Assembly (NCBI GenBank): GCA_043228905.1
Contig: JBHGNT010001291.1
Span: 1 to 10,209, forward strand
Reading direction: 5' to 3'
Length of the DNA stretch: 10,209 nt
Source of the DNA: Azolla caroliniana
Taxonomy: Eukaryota; Plantae; Polypodiophyta
In this document: in pieces, positions 1 through 7,305 of the stretch
How positions within the stretch are numbered: the first letter of the stretch is position 1
Layout: each line of letters begins with the position of its first letter
Notes under the pieces: generated by a model
Database searches by the model: none
Seen by the model: the letters and a program-made list of their open reading frames with translations, nothing else
What the model was told of the DNA's origin: nothing
Position numbers and translations under genes: made by a program

Positions 1-26
1 AACCACTATCGATTGTAGAGGACCAC
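1..26 (-). mobile_element. Continuation of the Tat-type integrase beyond the solo LTR (runs off the window)
   Basis: After rejoining across the TSD the minus strand reads AGT GGT CCT CTA CAA TCG ATA GTG GTT = SGPLQSIVV. This resembles the PLxPI segment that follows the gypsy integrase HHCC finger. Confidence 0.65.
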
Positions 27-369
27 TGTTGATGGATGGCCCCTCCCAAGGGGGTTCGAATGTGAGGAGAGAGGGAGAGAGACACACAGAATGAGAGGGA
101 AAATCAAGACAGACACAAGTTGAGGGGTAACTTCAATATATTTCTCCTTCTTTTCATGCCCCATGGGTGGGGGTTTATATAGTACAAGATCAAGACAATA
201 CAAAAAGCCAAATGGGGGGTAGTTACACCTACTTACCCCAGTCTCTCACATTTGCACACATGCACACAAAACGCCAAATTGCATGTGTACACACTCTTCC
301 TCACACTCACACATTAACAACATGTTACACATTACACCTTAACCCTCCCGTACACCTATACGGGTAACA
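27..369 (-). mobile_element. Solo LTR (343 bp) with 5-bp target-site duplication ACCAC; superfamily undetermined
   Basis: Begins TGTT (27-30) and ends AACA (366-369), an inverted TG..CA terminus, flanked by ACCAC at 22-26 and 370-374. TATATAAA on the minus strand (181-174) is followed by a CT-rich tract, suggesting minus orientation. Removing it and one TSD rejoins the surrounding integrase frame (...CDACQWAGWSCL*SG|PLQSIVV). Confidence 0.88.
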
Positions 370-1358
370 ACCACTTTATAGACAACTCCACCCCGCCCAT
401 TGGCATGCATCACATGATCTACACCATTCATGCACATCCTTGTATATAGTAGGCAAAATAAAACCAATTAGAAAAACCTTTCTTATTATGATATCATGGG
501 CCAAATGTCCACGACAAGCCTTGGCATCTTTCGTAGAATCTCCATAATCTCATCTTTAGTTGGTACCCTTTATAGAACTTCATCTTTGCGTTTATAGTAT
601 AAATCTTCTCCAACCAACAGATATTGGGATGCATTTGCCACCAACTGCTTTCTATGCAAGGCTGTGAGTTGAATTGGAATTTCTCCTCCACTAAGAAAGC
701 TTTGTATCCCTTTCAGGGACTCAACATCCTTACATGTTTCTAATACACAAACTACATTCTCCTTTATTGTTTTCATTTGTGATTGCGGTAATGCATTTGG
801 GTCTTTGTTGTTTAACCTTCCATGTGTAACTTAGGAAACCTACTACTCTTTCAGAAAACCTAGGAGGCCCATCACTTCTATATTGAAATTTCTAAGATCA
901 TCACTCTGACACTTCCAACTACCAAAAACTTGTTTAATTACCAGTAGAGAGTCTCCTTTGATTATAAGTCTTGTTATCTTTAAGGATTTACAAAGACAAA
1001 GATCAAAATGTAATGTAGCATATGCAGTGCTTCATGTTTAACTGTTTTTCCAATTGAGTCTTTTATGACAAATCCTCCCGCAACTATGGTTGTTGATTTA
1101 TGACATGCTCCATCAAAGAACAAGGTGAATGCGTTGTCCAAATCTGATTCTGGTAGCACATTCCTTAGCTTTGCTAAGTCTTCCTCATGAATTTTTCTCT
1201 ATATGTAAGGAGATCAGCTAATCCTGCATGTATAGTCAATGTAATCAAACTGTACCAATAATAGGGTCCACTTAGCAATCCTTGCTGGCATGCTCACATG
1301 TTGAAGTACACATGGGAGCAATGACATGCCGGTGATTATCACAAAGCAATGGGGAAGT
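370..1358 (-). mobile_element. Degenerate Ty3/gypsy Tat-type pol: C-terminal half of native RNase H, archaeal-type RNase H (aRH), linker and integrase HHCC zinc finger
   Basis: Minus-strand translation across frameshifts gives LPHCFVIITGMSLLPCVLQHVSMPARIAKWTLLLVQFDY (from about 1357, end of gypsy RH) and GLADLLTY. aRH motifs follow: AFTLFFDGAC (1132-1103) and LIIKGDSLLVIKQVFGSWKC (about 968-909). Next is the linker IQSFLSGGEIP...RKQLVANASQYLLVGEDLYYKRKDEVL (ORF 570-776), then ACRGHLAHDIIIRKVFLIGFILPTIYKDVHEWCRSCDACQ (about 520-400). Multiple stops and frameshifts. Confidence 0.88.
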
Positions 1359-1500
1359 TGTTGGGGGTAAAGGTCCTAAATGACCCCCCTATAGTGTGTA
1401 CATGTGTATAGGCCTATTTATAAAGGCTAAAAGTCACTTATCTCTTTTTCGTTATTTTTGGGCCAAGTTCATTGTGAACTTAGCCAAAACCCTAAATGGG
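1359..1500 (+). promoter_or_regulatory. Probable remnant of the copia 5' LTR/leader
   Basis: TG start at 1359, TATTTATAAA at 1415-1424, TGGGCC at 1459-1464 and AAACCCTAA at 1487-1495. No second LTR and no recognisable TGGTATCAGAGC primer-binding site, so the LTR 3' end cannot be placed. Confidence 0.5.
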
Positions 1501-1502
1501 TC

Positions 1503-1873
1503 ATATAAAACATAAGTTAATAACTTTTGGATCTCACTTCAAAGGTGAACTCCTCCAACTACTACTCTCTCTCTATCTTTTCTACCATAGCTCCACCATT
1601 GCATCTAAAGAGTCTGCGCAAGTGCTGTACAGCAAAGAATAGGTGTTCAAACCTCTTTATTGAGCTATGGTGCAATCCTCCTTAGATATAAAACATAAGT
1701 TAATAACTTTTGGATCTCACTTCAAAGGTGAGCTCCTCCAACTACTGCTCTCTCTCTATCTTTTCTACCATAGCTTCACTGTTGCATCTAAAGAGTTTGC
1801 ACAGGTGCTGTACAACAAAGAACAGGTGTTCAGACCTCTTTATTGTGTAGCTATGGCATCATCCTCCTTAGAT
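1503..1873 (+). repeat. Tandem duplication, two units of about 185 bp (1503-1687 and 1686-1873), covering the copia leader and gag start
   Basis: Both copies run ATATAAAACATAAGTTAATAACTTTTGGATCTCACTTCAAAGGTG...ATCCTCCTTAGAT. My manual alignment gives about 15 substitutions plus one 3-nt indel. Confidence 0.95.
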
Positions 1874-2167
1874 GTGAAGAATCTTTTTGAGATTCGACGA
1901 TTTGAGGGAACAGGTTTCAACTTCTGGAAGGAAAGAATGCAAGGAATTCTTTTTTTGAAGGATTGTGACAGGGTATTGGAGGCAGAAAAACCATAGAACA
2001 TGTCCGAAGATGCATGGCAGATTTTAAACAAAAAGGTTGTCATATATATTAAGAGGGCTGTTTCTGATGAGATTTTAGTACATCTCAAAGGGTTGGTATT
2101 TGCTCCTGAAATATGGGCAAAGCTGAAGGCTACCTATGAAAACAATACGCCAGTTAATCAAGTACAC
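1853..2167 (+). pseudogene. Copia gag N-terminal part
   Basis: MASSSLDVKNLFEIRRFEGTGFNFWKERMQGILFLKDC..., an in-frame TAG at 1994-1996, then NMSEDAWQILNKKVVIYIKRAVSDEILVHLKGLVFAPEIWAKLKATYENNTPVNQVH. The FxGxxFxxWxxRM and IWxKLxxxY patterns are typical of copia gag. Confidence 0.88.
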
Positions 2168-2567
2168 CCATAGAATGAACCATATGTATCATACGTGTGT
2201 TTGCATTCGAGAATGATTCAATCAAACGTGTATGGTAAATCACCTCGTAATTGGATTGGATTGACAAGTTGGATTGGATTGACTATGATCTGTATTATAT
2301 ATTGATTCACTCTCAATCCCAATAAGTAGACTCTAATCCATTGTGAACCACCAACATAAGTATGGTTGCAATATTTGGGATGCTTCTTAAGAATCAAGAC
2401 ATCTCTATCCTCCTCACTTTAGAACATTACAAAAAAATGAGTGTGAACTATAGAGATTGAATCAAAATATGTCATTATAAATTATACTCAAATGTTCAAA
2501 AACTCATAAAACGTATATTTGAGAATATGAAGAAAACATGACATAGGCAGTAGTAGCATAACAACTT
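2168..2567. other. AT-rich foreign segment replacing the middle of gag; possible MITE-like remnant
   Basis: Gag homology stops after NQVH (2167) and resumes at GSILNEEIKR (2571). The segment contains TTGGATTGGATTGAC twice (2251-2265, 2269-2283) and weak fold-back symmetry (AACCATA 2178-2184 / TATGGTT 2361-2367). Confidence 0.65.
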
Positions 2568-2570
2568 AGG

Positions 2571-5500
2571 GGCTCCATACTCAATGAAGAGATCAAGAGA
2601 AGCAAGTGGGGAAGGTGGCAGTGCAGCCAACATGGTTAGAGGTAGGATAGATAAGAGAAGTAACTATGCACACAAGAACAAAAGTAAAAGCAAGGAAAGG
2701 GGAAATAACAGCAAAGTTAAAAGCAATGATGTAACATGCTATCAGTGTGGCAGGAAAGGCCACAAGAAACTTGATTGCTGCTATTGCAAAGCAAAACTTG
2801 AAAGAAAAAAGAATTTTGGAGATAAGAAAAAGGACAAGACTAATGCACATGACGGCAAAAAGGATGAAGAGAAGGCCAATTTGGCCTCTAATGTAGGCAT
2901 AGTGGAGCTGTCAGATGTTGAGGACATTTTATGTGCTACTTTTTCAGCTGATGATACTTATGCATATGATGCCTCTTTAAATATTCATTCACATGACGTG
3001 TGCATCACTAGGAATGATCTTATTGATGCTTTGCGGACTGTCAATGTTGCATTGGCCCAAACATGGATAGTTGACTCTGGTGCTTCATTTTATGTGTCTC
3101 CTATCAAGGAGTGTTTTACTACTTTTATTGCAGGCGACCATGGCCATGTATACCTTGGAAACAATCATGCATGTTCCATTGAGGGTATTGGCACTGTGCA
3201 TTTTTCTACAAATGGCACTAATGAGCTGGTTTTGCATAATGTGCGTTATGTACCAGGGATCAAGAAGAGCTTGCTTTTTGTGGGTCAAATGGATATGCAT
3301 GGTTATAGCATTCTCTTTGATAGAGGATCATGGAAAATGACAAAAGGTTCAAGGCACAAAGAAGGGAACTCTTTATTGCTTACATGGAAATGCTATATCG
3401 GGCAAATTTATTGCTTTGGCTGAAGTTCACTCCCATATGGAGTTGTGGCATAAGAGACTTGGCCATATTAGCCGAAAGGGTCTCACTAGGCTTTGTAATC
3501 TAAAGAAGCTTGATGCTAAAGGCACAAAGCTTGATTTTTGTAATGAATGCCAATATGGTAAGCAAGTGAAGCGTTCCTTTTACTCTGGTGTGTCTTGTAA
3601 GTCTTGTGTACTTGATCTTGTTCATTCTGATGTGTGTAGCATGCCCACCAATCTATGTGGGGTGCAATGTATTTTATCTCATTTGTTGATGATTTTTCTA
3701 GAAAAATTTGGGTTCAATTGCTTAAATCTAAGGATGAAGTCTTAGCTGCATTTAAGCGTTTTCATGGATTTGTGACCACCCAAATAGGCAGAAAACTGAA
3801 ATGTTTGCGTACGGACAATGGTGCTGAGTATGCAAGTGCTGAATTCAAGAATTTTTGTGAAATTTTGGGTATTAAGAGGGAGCTTACTGTGCCATACAAC
3901 CCCTCTTCTAGTGGTGTGGCTGAATGATATAACAGGACACTTTGTGAGAGAGTGAGATGCATGCTGTCCACCACTAATCTCCCTCATGGATTTTGGGGAG
4001 AGGCACTCAAAACTGCAGTACATGTATGCAATAGATCCCCTCACACATCCTTGAAGAGGTTTGGTCTGGCAAACTTGCTTCATTTGATCACTTACATGTC
4101 TTTGGCTGCGAGGCTTTTGTACATATAAGGCTTGAGCTGAGAAACAAACTTGATGCCAAGTCCATTAAAGGCCTCTTCATGGGATATGGTGAAGAAGGCG
4201 AAATGGGCTACAGGATTTGGATACCCCAGCTCAAGAAGGTTATATGCAGCCAGGATGTTGTTTTCAATGAGGCAAGGCTGCTTCCAAACAATTGTGCCTC
4301 AAAAGATGACCATACAAGGGTTAGATTTCAGCATGACCAGCCACCTGTTAGACCCAATTTTGACCATCAGGATGCACCACAAAGGACTGAAAAGATTGAT
4401 GATCCCGTGGTTTTGGAGCCAGAAGATGGACAGCAAGATGAGGATCCTGAGGGGAATATGCAGCCAAGTAATAATGCTGAAAATGGTGCAGAAAATAATG
4501 GACAGCAGCCTAATGATGATATAGACGTACCGCCTAATGCTGACCCATTGCCTGACAATGTGGATCATTGGGTGAGACGTTCTACTTGTATTAGACGAAA
4601 TGTGAGTAGATTTGACCCCTTGTTGCACTACATAAAGTTGACTGGTGAGGGAGAACCTCCTACATATAAAGAGGCAAAGGCATGTGAGCACAACAATAAG
4701 TGGGAGCTTGCTATGCAGGAAGAGATTAAGGCTTTGCATTCAAATAACACTTGGGACTTGGTTAAACTGCCCAAAGGAAGGAAAGCTATTCCTAACAAAT
4801 GGGTATATAAAATCAAGACTGTTGATGACAAACCCAAGTATAAAGAAGGCTGGTTGCAAAAGGATATGCTCAAACTAAAGGCATAGATTTCCAGGAAGTG
4901 TTTTCTCCTGTGGTAAAAATGACCACTTTGCGAGTGCTATTTGCTATAGTGGCTGCACTTGATTTGGAATTAGACCAAATGGATGTACATACAGCTTTTT
5001 TGAATGGTGACATTGATGAAGAGCATTACATGAAGCAGCCCGAGGGCTTTGTTATTCTTGGAAAGGAACATTTGGTATATAAGCTCAATAGAAGCTTGTA
5101 TGGGCTGAAACAAGCTTCTAGACAATGGTACAAAAAGTTTGATGCTTTTATGCTCAAACATGGGTACAAAAGAAGCCATGCTGATCACTGTTTGTATACT
5201 AAAATAGATGAAAATGGCAGCCCAATCATTCTTGTACTATATGTAGATGATATTCTCATTGCTGCCAAAAAAAGGAGCATTGTTGATGTCCTTAAAAAGC
5301 AGCTGAAATCTGCATTTTCAATGAAAGACCTTGGGGGATCTGAACATGTACTTGGAGTAAGAATTAGGAGACAAAGGGAGCAGCACACATTATATTTATC
5401 TCATGAAAAATACATTGACAAGGTGCTGGACAGATTTTGTATGGCTGACGCAAAGTCTCTTGGAGTGCTGTTACAACCATATGATAGAATCTCTAAGGAA

Positions 5501-5612
5501 GATTGTCCTAAGACACGAGAACCAATAAATTACATGCAAGGTGTACCTTATGCTTTAGCTTGTGGTTCGCTTATGTATGCTATGGTTGCTACTAGACCTG
5601 ATATTGCCTATG
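2571..5612 (+). pseudogene. Copia gag C-terminus and pol (zinc knuckle, aspartic protease, integrase, reverse transcriptase), frameshifted
   Basis: Motifs in order: CYQCGRKGHKKLDC (CCHC knuckle); WIVDSGAS (protease); LWHKRLGHIS and CNECQYGK (HHCC); LVHSDVC, FVDDFSR, LRTDNGAEY and GVAE* (DDE core, TGA at 3925-3927); EPPTYKEA..WELAMQEEI..NNTWDLV; QMDVHTAFLNG, LYGLKQASRQW, YVDDILI, MKDLG and ATRPDIAY (RT). Split over ORFs 2584-3423, 3416-3745, 3655-3927, 4179-4886 and 4898-5668. Confidence 0.95.
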
Positions 5613-5880
5613 GTTTCAACATTAAGAATTCTTTCTCAACATCAGATTTGACTTTGGTAATAAAGTAGATAGGATGCATAAGCCTACTTTCAGAACCTTG
5701 TTGCATGAGAATGGCAACTATAGCATGAGATCCAAAGCTGAGAGAGAAAGAAAGTAGATTTCCTTTTGGGTGGCATAAGAATAGTGGCATTTAGAGAAAA
5801 ATCAGTTGTAATTGTCCACATAAAGTTGTTGGATTTTGCCATGCCAAGAAGAAGGAAACATGCGACAAGGCAAAAATCTG
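5613..5880 (-). mobile_element. Ty3/gypsy Tat-type RT-RH connection and N-terminal half of native RNase H (upstream part of the element at 370-1358)
   Basis: Minus strand: DFCLVACFLLLGMAKSNNFMWT (like DFxxIAxPLxxLxKxxxFxW), ATILMPP, then GSHAIVAILMQQGSESRLMHPIYFITKVKSDVEKEF (ORF 5608-5790). This matches the gypsy RH pattern IGAVLMQ...PIYFASR...AEKNY. Confidence 0.75.
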
Positions 5881-6043
5881 TGGTGTAATCTTTGGATCTT
5901 GCTCATTGCTGTTCTGACCCTACGGGTATGTTGGAAGCATGCTTTAACTCATGGTTAAAGCCATCAAAATTCTCCAGAAATGGTGGTTTTTTCTCTAACA
6001 GTGGTGCAAACCATGCCACTGCTGTTCTTGTTAACACTGTTCG
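5881..6043 (-). mobile_element. Fragment of a chromovirus-type (Tcn1-like) Ty3/gypsy gag capsid
   Basis: Minus strand: RTVLTRTAVAWFAPLLEKKPPFLENFDGFNHELKHA and, after a frameshift, RVRTAMSKIQRLH. This resembles the LLxGxAxxWF...F..F..EL...F....KIxxLxQG capsid pattern. The clade call is from memory. Confidence 0.65.
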
Positions 6044-6200
6044 CAGCATGATGGGCAATAATGACAATTAACATGGAATATGGGTAATATAATTGTATGC
6101 GCATCCTTTAGATGCACATGGAATGACCATGCTTGTGAATAAGGAGGAAGTTGAGAGGTGATATATGCTACTCATATTTATGTGACTCAACCGCATTAAC

Positions 6201-6269
6201 TCACTGAAGTAAACTCCTATGATTCACTGAAATAAATTTTAATGGGTCACTGAAACCCATTTTGATGAG
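6201..6269 (+). repeat. Degenerate 23-bp minisatellite, three units
   Basis: TCACTGAA occurs at 6201, 6224 and 6247 (exact period 23), and each unit has ATG at the same offset. Confidence 0.7.
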
Positions 6270-6394
6270 CCACACAAAAGATGACTCTCTCGGACAGGGA
6301 CAGAACCCATCGTTTGTATAAGCTGGGCCAAAAAAACTGAACAAAGCTGATCAAATGCTTGCTCTAAACCAAGCTGAATTATAATGATCTCTTA

Positions 6395-6474
6395 ATTTGT
6401 ATTTTATGCATAATCTGTCCTCATTTGTATTTTGTGCATAATCTGTTCCAATTTATTTGTATTGTGTATAATCT
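6395..6474 (+). repeat. Degenerate tandem repeat of about 28 bp, three units
   Basis: ATTTGTATTTTATGCATAATCTG (6395), ATTTGTATTTTGTGCATAATCTG (6423) and ATTTGTATTGTGTATAATCT (6455). Confidence 0.85.
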
Positions 6475-6779
6475 CCAAAACGGAGGTAATGGAGGTACCT
6501 TAGGAATCAATTTAGTAATACCCACTTTCCAAGAATTATGCATATGTCCAGTTCAGATTTCTTGACACAGTGGTCAATAGTGATGGCAACAAATCTGCAT
6601 GATTTATGAAGAATTCATTAATGGGATCATCCTACCATGGCTTATGCCAAGAACCTGAAGGAAATCTGAACCCACTAGTCTCATCCTCTCCTTTTCTTAC
6701 TGCCTCGTTTGCCTGGCTTGTCTCTCAATTTATTTGTATAATCCAGATTATACCCTCACAAAGGCATTTATTACTGCAG

Positions 6780-6930
6780 GGTTAGCAATGCAGAGACATT
6801 GTGCTTAGGTTTAGTTGCTGTTGCTGTATTTCTTGTGGTGATGCCACTCTTTAAAGCCACTGCAGGAATTCTATTGCAGATGTCTCCGCAAAGCCTATCA
6901 ACATCAATGCTTCACAAGTGTCAGAGACAA
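6780..6930 (+). CDS. MTP5: Metal tolerance protein (CDF family, MTP5/MTPC2-like), third-to-last coding exon
   Basis: Acceptor TTACTGCAG ends at 6779; donor GTAGGA starts at 6931. Translates (G)VSNAETLCLGLVAVAVFLVVMPLFKATAGILLQMSPQSLSTSMLHKCQRQ, close to the recalled Arabidopsis MTP5 segment GVENAEVLCLGLVSV...MPLFKATGGVLLQMAP. It contains the last TM helix and the CDF LLQxxP motif. Confidence 0.9.
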
Positions 6931-7004
6931 GTAGGATAGATTTTCACAAATTTCTATATTATGCTAATGTGTCCCATCATTCCTGATTTAACTGAATCTC
7001 TCAG

Positions 7005-7091
7005 GTGATATTGCTGGAACGAGTTTTAGATATGCATGCTCGCTTTTGGGAGATGGTTCCCGGATTTGTAGTAGGCACTATCCTCGTACAG
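7005..7091 (+). CDS. MTP5: MTP5/MTPC2-like, penultimate coding exon
   Basis: Follows a 74-nt GT-AG intron (6931-7004, ending CTCTCAG). The 87-nt phase-0 exon reads VILLERVLDMHARFWEMVPGFVVGTILVQ (ARFWExVPG motif). Donor GTACTA at 7092. Confidence 0.9.
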
Positions 7092-7200
7092 GTACTAATG
7101 TATAAAATCTTCCTAGCAGGCATCTTGATTCTGCTAGGTAATGATTACCCACTATCATTTACATCTGATGAACTAAATGGGTAATTCTGGTTAAATGTAG

Positions 7201-7305
7201 GTAAAAGCAGACACAGATGAGCAAAAGGTGCTTCAACATGTGCATAGCGTATATAATGATATTGGGATAAAAGACCTTACTGTCCAACTTGAGATTCAAG
7301 TGTAA
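7201..7305 (+). CDS. MTP5: MTP5/MTPC2-like, terminal coding exon
   Basis: Follows a 109-nt GT-AG intron (7092-7200). Reads VKADTDEQKVLQHVHSVYNDIGIKDLTVQLEIQV, then TAA at 7303-7305. GIxDLTVQxE is the usual end of the CDF cytosolic domain. Confidence 0.9.
   Translation, partial: VKADTDEQKVLQHVHSVYNDIGIKDLTVQLEIQV

Larger units (their letters stand above)
1359..5612 (+). mobile_element. Ty1/copia LTR retrotransposon, Tnt1/Tork-like, degenerate and 3'-truncated (no RNase H, PPT or 3' LTR)
   Basis: Starts TGTTGGGGG at 1359, exactly where the gypsy RH frame breaks. Domains occur in the copia order gag-protease-integrase-RT. Homology stops after YAMVATRPDIAY at about 5612. Confidence 0.93.

Noticed and set aside
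2-8. Alternative left boundary of the solo LTR at the ACCAC at 2-6
   Set aside because: It is followed by TA rather than TG. The ACCAC at 22-26 is followed by TGTT, which mirrors the AACA end and restores the integrase frame.
6-367. ORFs 6-203 and 167-367
   Set aside because: They lie almost entirely within the solo LTR and reflect low-complexity CA and GA tracts.
1503-1873. The two units of about 185 bp as an LTR pair or TRIM
   Set aside because: They are directly adjacent, lack TG..CA ends, PBS and PPT, and include the gag start codon.
1840-5388. Minus-strand and alternative-frame ORFs over the copia element (e.g. 2593-2850, 3742-4083, 4299-4739, 4150-4524)
   Set aside because: Shadow ORFs of the retrotransposon coding strand, with no recognisable motifs of their own.
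5988-6070. Strong acceptor-like TTTTTCTCTAACAG at about 6001 as an MTP exon
   Set aside because: The downstream translation does not resemble a CDF protein, and the stretch is explained as antisense gag.
6201-6474. CRISPR-like array
   Set aside because: Eukaryotic context, only three units each, spacers too short and related to one another, and no cas genes.
6623-6646. GIILPWLM as the missing upstream MTP5 exon
   Set aside because: Only a vague likeness to GLILASWLL, with no suitable acceptor or GG|GT donor.
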